Shown here piece by piece: positions 1 to 8,806 of a stretch of 64,000 nt of DNA (position 1 is its first letter; each line of letters opens with the position of its first letter). The stretch covers positions 323,478 through 387,477 of the forward strand of contig OW818669.1 in assembly GCA_942493195.1 (NCBI GenBank), given 5' to 3'. The position numbers and the translations under genes are program-made. Source of the DNA: an uncultured Geobacteraceae bacterium. GTDB taxonomy: Bacteria > Desulfobacterota > Desulfuromonadia > Geobacterales > Pseudopelobacteraceae. The notes beneath the pieces are model-generated. The model was not told the origin of the DNA. It saw only the letters and a program-made list of their open reading frames with translations, and did no database searches.

Positions 1-208
1 TGCCGCCGGTTGGTTGTTCCAGCAGACCAATGATGCTGAGCAGGGTGCTTTTTCCGGACCCGGATGGTCCGATCAGGGCGGTGAATTCTCCGGGCAGCAT
101 GGTCAGATCGATTCCGTGCAGAACCTTTGTCGTAATGCCGTCACTGCCGTACTGTTTATGAACATCGGTCAGTTGAAGGATTGGAGAGTGGGTTGGAGTG
201 TCAGACAT
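1..208 (-). CDS. ABC transporter ATP-binding protein (LolD/DevA/MacB-ATPase-like), 3' end runs past the window edge
   Basis: The reverse complement from 208 encodes [57 protein letters not shown], which carries a Walker A motif. The ATG at 208 overlaps the stop of the upstream permease by 8 bp (ATGTCTGA). Confidence 0.8.
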   Translation of the reverse strand, partial: MSDTPTHSPILQLTDVHKQYGSDGITTKVLHGIDLTMLPGEFTALIGPSGSGKSTLLSIIGLLEQPTGG

Positions 209-1433
209 TGCGGATCGCCACCACTGGATCAAGTCTGGCCGCCCGCACCGCCGGAGCCGCCGCCGCCAGAATCCCGGTGAGAGTTGCTACTCCCGCCGCA
301 AGTAAAAACATGTGCAGTTCGAGAACGACGGGAAATATCTGGGAACCGTCGGGATTTTTTGCCGTGGTTGCAAATAAAGTCACGAGTCCCGCGCCCAGAC
401 CGCTCCCGAGGAGTGAGCCGGCCAGCCCGACGATCCCGCCCTGAAGCAGGAATACCCTCAAAATCCTGTGCCGTGAGCAACCCATGGCGCGCAATATTCC
501 GATCTCCCGTGATTTCTGGATAACGGATACGATCAGAACGCTGGCAATACCAAAGGCGACTGAAATAATGACAAAAAACTGGATCAGATAACTGGAGGCG
601 CTCTGCGAACTGAGCCCCACCAACAGTTCGGCATTTGTTTTCATCCAACTCTCGGCGGTCAGGCCGGTCAGTTTTGCCAGGCGGCCACTGATGTTTTCGG
701 CTTCAAACAGATCTTGTACGCCGACTTCGATCGTGGAAACCCCGCCGACCAGATCCAGCAGGTTTTGGGCGGAGCGGAGCGTAATGATCACCCAGCGGCG
801 GTTGATGTCGCGAATGCCTACGTCAAAAATTCCGGCGACGGTAATTGTTTCGCTGCGCCCCTCGGCGGTTTGCAGACGGATTTTATCGCCCAGTGATGCG
901 CCCAGATCACGTGCCAGGTCGGTACCGATAGCGGCGTCATTGGCGGTGATCCGGAACTCCCCCTCCTTGATGAAGGTGGGCATGCGTACGATTTTGGTGA
1001 ACCGTTGCGGATCTACCCCCATGAGTGCCACCGACTTGGTGGAGTTTCCCCGCATGGCGAACGACGGACCGGAAACCAGGGGGGATACGGCTGTGACCCC
1101 TTTTTGCGACTCCAGTTGATGCATGACCTGCTGCCATAGCAGAATTGAGCGCAGTCGCTGGGCACGCCGTTCGATGCTGGCTGAAACCGCCAGTGTGCTG
1201 CTCGGCTTGATAAGTCTCCGCGCTTCGTCATCCGGTGGCCGCATGACCACGTGTGCCTGGGTCCCGAGGGTTTTCTCGATGATGCTGCGCCCAAGCCCGG
1301 TAATCAACGAGGAGAGGAACACGATGACACCCACCCCCATGACGACACCGGCAATCATGAACAGGGTCTGGGTTTTCCCCTCCTTTAAAAAACGAAGTGC
1401 CAGCAGCAATTCAATGCGCACTGTTTTTTCCAC
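201..1433 (-). CDS. FtsX-family ABC exporter permease (LolC/E, DevC, MacB-permease-like)
   Basis: 410 aa. N-terminal TM segment, a large periplasmic domain, and three C-terminal TM helices ([10 protein letters not shown]...) typical of FtsX/MacB_PCD permeases. Sits between an HlyD-type adaptor gene and an ATPase gene. Confidence 0.8.
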   Translation of the reverse strand: MEKTVRIELLLALRFLKEGKTQTLFMIAGVVMGVGVIVFLSSLITGLGRSIIEKTLGTQAHVVMRPPDDEARRLIKPSSTLAVSASIERRAQRLRSILLWQQVMHQLESQKGVTAVSPLVSGPSFAMRGNSTKSVALMGVDPQRFTKIVRMPTFIKEGEFRITANDAAIGTDLARDLGASLGDKIRLQTAEGRSETITVAGIFDVGIRDINRRWVIITLRSAQNLLDLVGGVSTIEVGVQDLFEAENISGRLAKLTGLTAESWMKTNAELLVGLSSQSASSYLIQFFVIISVAFGIASVLIVSVIQKSREIGILRAMGCSRHRILRVFLLQGGIVGLAGSLLGSGLGAGLVTLFATTAKNPDGSQIFPVVLELHMFLLAAGVATLTGILAAAAPAVRAARLDPVVAIRNV

Positions 1434-2655
1434 CCGTTTTCATACTCTTCTCAACCGGTTGCGGGCGAACCCTGCTCCCGGTTGCCAGATTGCCGGCGTC
1501 GAGCAGTACCATCTGCCCCTCCGTAAGCCCGCTTGTTATCTCGCTTTCGCCGCTGCCGCGTATGCCGAGAACGACGTTCTGACGCTCTGCCTTGCCGTCA
1601 CGGGCAACCAGCAGCCAGGGCGCATTCGCCGCGTCCCGTATACTTTCAGTCGGCACGGTCAGGACCTTTGATTTGCGGGCAACCTCAAATTCCAGAGAAA
1701 CGGTCATATCCGGCACGAGATACACCGGGGCATCGATAACGTCACAACGCACCTCAAACGTGCCCCGCTGAGGATCAACAGCCGGCACAACCGTCGTAAG
1801 CCGGGCAGAGAATGTTTTGTCCGGGTAGGCATCGGCCGATCCGGTGACCGCCTGGCCGATGCGCAGCAGACCAAGATTTTTTTCGTCCACCTGTGCGGTA
1901 ATCTGGGTCCGGCCGGGTCTGGAAAGTACCAGAAGCGATCCTCCGGCCGGCACGATATCACCCGCCTGGATTTTCCGGGAAATTACCGTCCCATCCCCGG
2001 GTGCGGTAATAACAGTATGGGCCAGACGTTCACGGGCGACGGCAACTGCGGACCGTGCCTGGGCAAGACGGGCCATGGCCAGTTTTATGTCACTCCCCTG
2101 CGGACGACTGTTGTTCAACTGCAGTTTTTCACGTTCTACTGCGCTGGCAGCAACATCACGCGCCCGCACAGCCTCATCCAGTTCCGAACGGCTGGAAACC
2201 CCGGCATCGAACAGCTTCTTTACCCGTTCATGGGTATTGATTGCCTGTCGCTGCGACGCTTCGGCTTCCTGCAGCCTCTGCCTGCTGACCGGTTCATCAA
2301 CTGTTCCGATCTGGGAGACACGCTCTTCAAGTTCCCGCACAGCACCCTGAGCCTGTTCAAGTGCTGCCTGTGCCTCCTGATCGCGGAGCCGGACCAGCAC
2401 ATCCCCCGCCTTGACCCGGTCGCCGGAATCCACCGTGAGCACAGCAACCGTGCCAAGCAGCTGACTTCCAATCTCGACGCGAGCCAAAGACGTGACCCTG
2501 CCTGTGGTGACTACCGTCCGGAGCAGATCCCGTCGCTCGACCGTATAGCACTGCACCGGTTTTCCCCGTAACTGCATACCAGCCAGGAATACCGCGGCCA
2601 GAATCAGTAAGCAGACGGCGCTATATTTGCGTGATGGAAATCGAAAAGCAGTCAT
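1411..2655 (-). CDS. HlyD-family membrane-fusion / periplasmic adaptor subunit of a tripartite efflux ABC transporter
   Basis: 414 aa. N-terminal TM anchor, a coiled-coil segment (AQAALEQAQGAVRELEERVSQ...), then a beta-barrel and lipoyl-like C-terminal part. Order is adaptor, permease, ATPase as in DevBCA/MacAB. Confidence 0.8.
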   Translation of the reverse strand: MTAFRFPSRKYSAVCLLILAAVFLAGMQLRGKPVQCYTVERRDLLRTVVTTGRVTSLARVEIGSQLLGTVAVLTVDSGDRVKAGDVLVRLRDQEAQAALEQAQGAVRELEERVSQIGTVDEPVSRQRLQEAEASQRQAINTHERVKKLFDAGVSSRSELDEAVRARDVAASAVEREKLQLNNSRPQGSDIKLAMARLAQARSAVAVARERLAHTVITAPGDGTVISRKIQAGDIVPAGGSLLVLSRPGRTQITAQVDEKNLGLLRIGQAVTGSADAYPDKTFSARLTTVVPAVDPQRGTFEVRCDVIDAPVYLVPDMTVSLEFEVARKSKVLTVPTESIRDAANAPWLLVARDGKAERQNVVLGIRGSGESEITSGLTEGQMVLLDAGNLATGSRVRPQPVEKSMKTGGKNSAH

Positions 2656-2847
2656 TCAGTTCCTCTCAGATAGATTCCATGCAGTCACAAATCGGTGAAC
2701 AGAGCTCAAAAGTGTTAGCCCGGCTGTAAATGTTCCGGATTACATTCGCTGATGCGGCACGTCCCCTGGCTACATAACGGTATGTTACACAAACAGGGGA
2801 CGAACTATGGCAAAAACCGTATCCGGTATATGCGTGCAGATCAGGTG

Positions 2848-3264
2848 TTATTTAATCGTAGCACGCAGTTCCTCTGGTAACGACATGGCAAGCAGTTCAA
2901 CCTTCTTTTGCATCCGACGCCAGGCGATGATTCCCCATACTACGGCAGTGAACATCATGACATGCTTCACCGCCAGAGCCGGAATCTGAAGCTTGTCAGC
3001 CGCGTTGGCCCATTCAAAGCTGGTGTAGAAAATCGTGCGGGGCACACCTCCCAGCACCACCCACCAGAGGGCGAATTTGAACAGCTTCTTCATATGGCTG
3101 TTTGTCTTTAAAAAGAAAAGCGTTGCCTCGGTGGTATTCATGGAGGCCTGGATACGCATGATGGCGTGCAGGGCGAAGCCGCTTCCTACCATCAGGCCGG
3201 TGGCCATGTCATGGAAATAGTTGTTCATCATGATGGCTACGCCGAGCCCTGGCCCAATCTGCAT
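2848..3264 (-). CDS. hypothetical small multi-pass membrane protein
   Basis: 138-aa ORF with 3-4 hydrophobic segments. Its start abuts the stop of the upstream WG-repeat gene (3264/3267), which suggests an operon. No family recognised. Confidence 0.4.
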   Translation of the reverse strand: MQIGPGLGVAIMMNNYFHDMATGLMVGSGFALHAIMRIQASMNTTEATLFFLKTNSHMKKLFKFALWWVVLGGVPRTIFYTSFEWANAADKLQIPALAVKHVMMFTAVVWGIIAWRRMQKKVELLAMSLPEELRATIK

Positions 3265-3266
3265 GG

Positions 3267-4355
3267 TTATTTCCCCTTTTCGGCTGTCGGCGTGAAGTGG
3301 GTATAGTAGTGGGTATACTGGTCAATGGCACGTTGGTCCCATTTAAAGCGTGCCTCGACCACCAATTTGCCAGTAGTGTCAATGTAACCGAGCTTTTCAC
3401 CGACTTTCACCGGTGCCAACCCGTCGACAAATATGGAACCGCCGTCGAACTGTGGTTTGATTACCATTTTGCCCTTCTTATCCATGTAGCCGGCCTTGCC
3501 CTTGACCATCACCGGCGCCAGCCCTTCGGTAAAAATGGTCGGTGAAGGAAATTCCTGGTCAATGATTGGTTTTCCTGTTTTGTCAATCAGCTGCCAGCTC
3601 TCCTTGTCCTTCATCTGTACAGCAGCGACGCCGTCATTGAAGTTGGTTGCTTCACTGTATTGTGCGGGAATAGTCATGGTACCGCTATGGTCGATAAAGC
3701 CCACCAGACCGAACTTTCCGTTTATCTTGACCATGGCAAGTCCATCGCGGAACATGGCAGCTTCGAAGAACTGCTCCGGGATTACCATTTTGCCGCTCTT
3801 ATCGATATAGCCATGTTTGCTGCCAACCTTTACCGCAGCCAGTCCTTCGGAAAATTGGGCCGCATAATCAAATGCGGGCTTGATGACAAGTTTGCCCTTT
3901 TCATCAATATAGCCGGCCTTGGCTCCACCATCTTTTTCAACAAGCACTGCGGCCAATCCCTCTGTAAACGGAAAGGTAGCCAGGTAATCAAAACCGGTTA
4001 CCTCTTTACCCTCCTGATTGATGTACGCCCATTTGCCACCCTTTTGAACCGGGGCTCTCCCGTTCAGAAAAATTGATGCGGCATCAAAACTGGGAGGGAT
4101 TACCATTTTCCCGTTTGTATCGATGTACCCATCCTTGCCATTTACCCTCACGGAAGCGAGACCCTCGGAAAAAATGGATGCGGCGTCAAACTGGGGTGGA
4201 ATCACCGTGATGCCGCCCCTGTCACAATAGCCGAATTTACCGTTGAAATTCACCAGAAGCCGCATTGACTTGTCACGTTCCACGTTAGTATCGTTCTGCT
4301 TACAGGCTGTGCACATTATCAATGCTGCGATTAAAACCGTGATTATTCGAAACAT
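3267..4355 (-). CDS. WG-repeat (KWGYID-type) lipoprotein
   Basis: 362 aa. Lipoprotein signal (LIAALIMCTAC) followed by at least 8 tandem copies of a ~40-aa repeat of the form GK(W/F/D)GYID..GK.VIPPQFD.A..F.EGLA.V. Confidence 0.65.
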   Translation of the reverse strand: MFRIITVLIAALIMCTACKQNDTNVERDKSMRLLVNFNGKFGYCDRGGITVIPPQFDAASIFSEGLASVRVNGKDGYIDTNGKMVIPPSFDAASIFLNGRAPVQKGGKWAYINQEGKEVTGFDYLATFPFTEGLAAVLVEKDGGAKAGYIDEKGKLVIKPAFDYAAQFSEGLAAVKVGSKHGYIDKSGKMVIPEQFFEAAMFRDGLAMVKINGKFGLVGFIDHSGTMTIPAQYSEATNFNDGVAAVQMKDKESWQLIDKTGKPIIDQEFPSPTIFTEGLAPVMVKGKAGYMDKKGKMVIKPQFDGGSIFVDGLAPVKVGEKLGYIDTTGKLVVEARFKWDQRAIDQYTHYYTHFTPTAEKGK

Positions 4356-4402
4356 GAAACCTCCAGGTAGTTACTGTATGCGCCCCTAAATTTCCGGAAG
4401 CA

Positions 4403-5815
4403 TTATGTATCGGTTGTGCTGCGTCCTTCAGAAATTTTACCGAATAACGTGGTAAATTCATCCTCTGCCAGGCTCTTGTAGTATTCCGAGCGACCGGCGA
4501 CTACCAGGCAACGGACACCATCGATCTCCTTAAGTGCTCCGACGATTTCTCTCCGGTAAAACATCAACCGCCAGATAACGCCGATTGTTGCGATTGCAAA
4601 ACCGGCGTACAGGATTGAAAGTCCACGTTGCTTAACAACGTAAAAGCGCACCCAGAAAGGCATGTCACGCATTTCTAGACGGTAGCCGGCAAACTCCAGG
4701 GCACCATTTTTAGGCACCAGACCCTCCGCTACTTTTTTTCCGTCACGGTCGACAGAAAGAAAAAAAACGGGATTATTGAATTCCATGGATCGTGTAGCCC
4801 GCTTACCCTCTTCCATTACAAAGTCGGGATAAAATGTCGCTGTAAACTCAAAACCGCCCAACGCGAAGCGGTCCGGCTTTCTCTGCAGAACATCCAGTTT
4901 AAAATAGGCGCCGCCGGATTCTTTTCCGGTTGCATCACGGAGTACAAAAAGCGGTGATACCCCGAGATGTTTGAAGACAAATGATGTGTGTTCTGCGGTG
5001 TAGGGGCGATTGATATCGACATCATGGGTCTTGCCCTGGCGGTCGACCAGCAGAACAGTGATCCCAGTCGGTGTGTTGTGCACAACCTGTGGAACGATGC
5101 TTTTGACTGTGAACGACGCGTCTGGTGGGGTGCCGATTACCGGAAGCAGTGGCTCCGGCGACCGGTTGTAGCGATTCAGTTCCCCCTGAAACGATTCCCC
5201 CTGGGCGAGGTCGATATAGCCGGTAAATTCGGTGTACAGGCTGATCAGGCCACCCAGAAGAATCAGGAAGAAGCTGAGGTGAAAAAGCATGAAGGCCAGC
5301 GGTGCGCGACGATTCTTAAGGCCATAAAAGCCGGCTTCATTTCCGAGCACTGTGAAGCCGTTTTTCTGAAGCATCGACATGACAGTATCACCATCAACCC
5401 CGTCTGCCAGAGGGAAAGAAGCCCGAAACGGATAACCACCGACTGTTTCCGGATCGGCTATTTTCGAATCTGACAGCGATATCCGGTTTTTAATGACAGG
5501 CCACCGTTGCCACAACACCAGAGACAGGTTGAGAAAGAAAAAGAACCACAGGGTCAAGGTTATCGGTGAGGTGTAGATTGTGGTCAAACCGAATGCGTCG
5601 AGGAAGGCAACCAGTTCGGGAGAATTCTTCTGCCACTCAATATAGATCGTCCGTAATAAACTTTTTTGGGGGATCCAGAGTCCGATCGCAAAAATCGATC
5701 CAAGCAGACAGATAAGCAGGATGGTGAAGCGGAGTGAACTCAGGTAGCTACGTAGTTTAGTGATCATAAGATAGTTCGGTTGCCGGCCAAAGGTTAAAGA
5801 CCACATAATCTTCAA
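4403..5815 (-). CDS. resB: cytochrome c biogenesis protein ResB/CcsB (system II)
   Basis: 470 aa. N-terminal TM (LRFTILLICLLGSIFAIGLWIPQ), a His-containing TM (FMLFHLSFFLILLGGLI), a large periplasmic domain and a C-terminal TM. Located directly downstream of a ccsA-like gene. Confidence 0.7.
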   Translation of the reverse strand: MKIMWSLTFGRQPNYLMITKLRSYLSSLRFTILLICLLGSIFAIGLWIPQKSLLRTIYIEWQKNSPELVAFLDAFGLTTIYTSPITLTLWFFFFLNLSLVLWQRWPVIKNRISLSDSKIADPETVGGYPFRASFPLADGVDGDTVMSMLQKNGFTVLGNEAGFYGLKNRRAPLAFMLFHLSFFLILLGGLISLYTEFTGYIDLAQGESFQGELNRYNRSPEPLLPVIGTPPDASFTVKSIVPQVVHNTPTGITVLLVDRQGKTHDVDINRPYTAEHTSFVFKHLGVSPLFVLRDATGKESGGAYFKLDVLQRKPDRFALGGFEFTATFYPDFVMEEGKRATRSMEFNNPVFFLSVDRDGKKVAEGLVPKNGALEFAGYRLEMRDMPFWVRFYVVKQRGLSILYAGFAIATIGVIWRLMFYRREIVGALKEIDGVRCLVVAGRSEYYKSLAEDEFTTLFGKISEGRSTTDT

Positions 5816-5888
5816 CCTTCAGCCGACAGACCAATTCCTTCGAGAGTATTGAGATGGCTCTTTTACCTTCAGCTAACCGTTTCAATAT

Positions 5889-6725
5889 CTAGCGTACCTG
5901 GAATACGTGCAGGCTGGTGTTGACAACCAGATTGACACCAAAGAAGCATATGATGACGGTGCTTAGAGCGGCAACGGCCAGCCAGGCCAGTTTCTTTTCT
6001 CGCCAGCCAAAGGTGACTCTTAGATGGATGGTGATGCCATACGTGAGCCATGATATCAAAGACCAGGTTTCGACCGGGTCCCATGCCCAATAGTGGCCCC
6101 ACAGGTTTTTTGCCCAGATAGCCCCGGCTGCGATCATGATTGTATCGGTAATAAAACCAAACACCACATAACGAAAAATAAGCTCATCAAGCCGACCCAG
6201 AGAGGGGAACCTGTCGTACGCCGGATTGGGTGTTCCCAATGCTTCACTCTTTTGTTTCTTCAGAAAGATCACTCCGGCAGCCATGGCCAGCGAGTAGGCA
6301 CCAAAGGATATCCAGGCAAAGTAGACATGAATGTACAGCCAGATAGTTTTCAGGCTGGCGGCCATCGGGGTCAATCCAGGGTTCTGCATGTAGCCGTAGC
6401 CCATCATGATAATAACAAGCGGGGTTGTGACAGCGGCCAGGCCCTGCAGCATTTTGTTCTGCCAGCCCACATACAGTGTGCCGGCAATGATGAACCAGCC
6501 ACCCATCAGCACATATTCGTAATGGCCAGACCAGGGGAGGTGACCTGTCGCTTCAAAACGGGCAAGAATTGCCGTCGTATGTGCAAGAAAACCGGCGGCG
6601 ACCAGCATGGTGATTTTTGGCATGACCCGTGGATTTTTGAATACAAAGGAATAAATACAGCCGCCGGCCGACAACGAATATGCCACCAACGCAACCCAGT
6701 AAAATATAGTTTCCCAAAATGCCAT
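5889..6725 (-). CDS. ccsA: cytochrome c-type biogenesis protein CcsA/ResC (heme exporter/lyase, system II)
   Basis: 278-aa polytopic protein with the Trp-rich WWD signature WGHYWAWDPVETWSLISWLTYGITIHL and conserved His residues. Confidence 0.8.
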   Translation of the reverse strand: MAFWETIFYWVALVAYSLSAGGCIYSFVFKNPRVMPKITMLVAAGFLAHTTAILARFEATGHLPWSGHYEYVLMGGWFIIAGTLYVGWQNKMLQGLAAVTTPLVIIMMGYGYMQNPGLTPMAASLKTIWLYIHVYFAWISFGAYSLAMAAGVIFLKKQKSEALGTPNPAYDRFPSLGRLDELIFRYVVFGFITDTIMIAAGAIWAKNLWGHYWAWDPVETWSLISWLTYGITIHLRVTFGWREKKLAWLAVAALSTVIICFFGVNLVVNTSLHVFQVR

Positions 6726-6737
6726 AAAGAGAGCCTC

Positions 6738-7940
6738 CTAAATAGGTGTGGATGTAGGCGATGATTGGCTGTCACTGCTCAGAGCCGCAGTAACACGTGT
6801 GCCGATGTAAGAGACTATACACCCTTCTTCTGATTCTTCCAGCCATACTCGCTGGGGGCAGAGTACTATCCGGAGCAACAGTCCCAGTAAGGCCAATGCC
6901 GCACCAGCCAGCAGTGCTTCCTTATGTCGTCTGTGTATGACCCGGATTTCAGACCATTGCCCCATCTTTGAGCAGGAAATGACATACTCACCCTGGGTGG
7001 CCTGTTGATCCACCTGAAATACCATATCGGTAACAACCTTTTTGCCGCCCCTGCTGACAACGATCATGAGTGAGCTTTTTTCCGGCTGATAATAGACCCC
7101 TCCGACCAGGCCGTATCCATCGAATGAACCGTAGAAGCTGAATGCACCGCGCTTCTGTACCAATGGGTCAAGTCTTACAATCGAATCAAACAGCGCTGCG
7201 GAATCCCGGTTTTTAATAACAATCTGAGCCTCGTACACCAGCTTTGACATGTATATGTCGTATGCACCGAATTTCACCGGTTCACGCGGCTTGATGAGCC
7301 GGTTTTCCGCTGTGCCGTCATCATGCAAAAATGTGACCTCACTGGCTCCCATGGGATAGGTGCTGTCAGGCAGATACTGGTTATTGATCACCAACCGCGG
7401 AAGTGATTTCGGAATTGCAGGGAAAGGACCGTTGTTTATACTTCTGTAGGATTCAATTGTGTTCAGATTTGTTGCAGGTCCGATTCCGTCGAGCAGAATC
7501 CCGGAAAACTGCCGCAGGTTGTCCCAGCTTCCGACTGAAAGCAGAATGACCAATCCGCCGTACATAATAGCGGTTCCAATAATACCGGTGTCCCTGGATT
7601 CTCCATAGGCACCATCCGGGGTGAAGGCAAAACCGGCATCAACCAGCTTCGATCGAGTGTTCAGTAACGAGAAAGGGGACACTGTCTTCTCAACAGGTCG
7701 CCCGACGGTAGACCCGTAGCGAATGGTCTTATTCAATACTAACAGGTAACGTATAAGGCGGAGAACTGCCACGCACGCAAAACAGATGTTATTTACGAGC
7801 AGTGGTGTGGTGGATCCAAGTAGCGGAATACGTATGTTCAGGGAGACGCTCAGGATTACCAGGACAGGTAATATTAAGAAAACAAGCAACGTCCATGGAG
7901 AGACGAGCAGCAGTCGATAATATTTTGATTCTACATTCAT
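6738..7940 (-). CDS. ResB-like polytopic membrane protein (possible second cytochrome c synthetase subunit); family call uncertain
   Basis: 400 aa. Three N-terminal TM helices, a ~200-aa soluble (periplasmic?) domain and a C-terminal TM. This resembles ResB-like domain topology and the gene sits immediately upstream of ccsA. No decisive motif was seen. Confidence 0.35.
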   Translation of the reverse strand: MNVESKYYRLLLVSPWTLLVFLILPVLVILSVSLNIRIPLLGSTTPLLVNNICFACVAVLRLIRYLLVLNKTIRYGSTVGRPVEKTVSPFSLLNTRSKLVDAGFAFTPDGAYGESRDTGIIGTAIMYGGLVILLSVGSWDNLRQFSGILLDGIGPATNLNTIESYRSINNGPFPAIPKSLPRLVINNQYLPDSTYPMGASEVTFLHDDGTAENRLIKPREPVKFGAYDIYMSKLVYEAQIVIKNRDSAALFDSIVRLDPLVQKRGAFSFYGSFDGYGLVGGVYYQPEKSSLMIVVSRGGKKVVTDMVFQVDQQATQGEYVISCSKMGQWSEIRVIHRRHKEALLAGAALALLGLLLRIVLCPQRVWLEESEEGCIVSYIGTRVTAALSSDSQSSPTSTPI

Positions 7941-8022
7941 AAATCGTGTGGTCCCTCAAAAACTGTCGTTATTATCTTCCATGCTGTTTGTCAGCAGGAT
8001 TCATGGGCGAAACGGGTCGCAG

Positions 8023-8523
8023 CTATTTTTGAGGCTCATCGTGCTGGTTCAAGCCGGCCAATTCCAGATTGCCGTTATTTGAACGCTGAAACGAAAGGCG
8101 TATATCACTAATAAAGTGCTCATTTCTTACTTGATAAACCGTGACATGGATGTTGTCGGGACGGGTATTAAAACTGATCTCTTTGGGACTCTTTAATACC
8201 CCGGTTTTCATGCGGGTCTGCTGAAATTTATTAACGAACGCTGATTCATTGCCAATCTGTTTAAAGCTGGCTGCGGACTCCCTGTAAATTGCCGCAAAGT
8301 CACCGGCTTCCATCTGTGTCAACACTCGTTGAGCAGCTGCACGTGTTGCAACCATTTCCTGCGGAGAAGCCGTTTTTGCTGCTGGATTGTTCTGAGCAGG
8401 AGCAACCGGCGTGGGGGAAGCAGCGGTCCCGGTATTCGGACTTTCCTGTTTGGATTTGCAGCCGACAAACATAACCAGTGCCGCAATCAGGCAAGTTAGT
8501 CTGAGACAATGTGAGTAGTGCAT
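8023..8523 (-). CDS. hypothetical lipoprotein
   Basis: 166 aa. Lipobox LVMFVGC followed by a Pro/Ala/Thr-rich linker and a ~110-aa domain. Last gene of the cytochrome cluster. Confidence 0.45.
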   Translation of the reverse strand: MHYSHCLRLTCLIAALVMFVGCKSKQESPNTGTAASPTPVAPAQNNPAAKTASPQEMVATRAAAQRVLTQMEAGDFAAIYRESAASFKQIGNESAFVNKFQQTRMKTGVLKSPKEISFNTRPDNIHVTVYQVRNEHFISDIRLSFQRSNNGNLELAGLNQHDEPQK

Positions 8524-8711
8524 GGTTCACTCCATCAATATCTGTAAGTATTGTTCAGAATCGTATAAAGAAAGATAAATGGGGTCAATCGTGTGGACAT
8601 AGTATCGTTCGAAGGAAATGACGTCAATGGTTAAAGCCGCTAATTGATCAAGCTGAGTTTCTCGATAGTATGTCTAGATTTGTGCGAATTTCTCGCACCG
8701 ATCAAGTATGG

Positions 8712-8795
8712 AAAAAAAGACCGGCACCTGAGTGCCGGTCTTGAAATACAAGGTGAAATTTCTGGAGAGGGATTGATTCCCCTCTCCAGATTTTT
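8712..8795 (-). terminator. tandem hairpins forming an intrinsic terminator downstream of the large multiheme cytochrome gene
   Basis: On the minus strand the hairpin GACCGGCAC-ctca-GTGCCGGTC (8719-8741) is followed by TTTTTTT. A second palindrome CTGGAGAGGG-attgatt-CCCTCTCCAG lies at 8761-8790 next to a T5/A5 run. Confidence 0.7.
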
Positions 8796-8806
8796 GAATC
8801 AATTTA

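Noticed and set aside
2760-2800. Hairpin GTCCCCTG…CAGGGGAC as a terminator
   Set aside because: The loop is long (about 25 nt) and there is no U-tract on either strand. It is more likely incidental.
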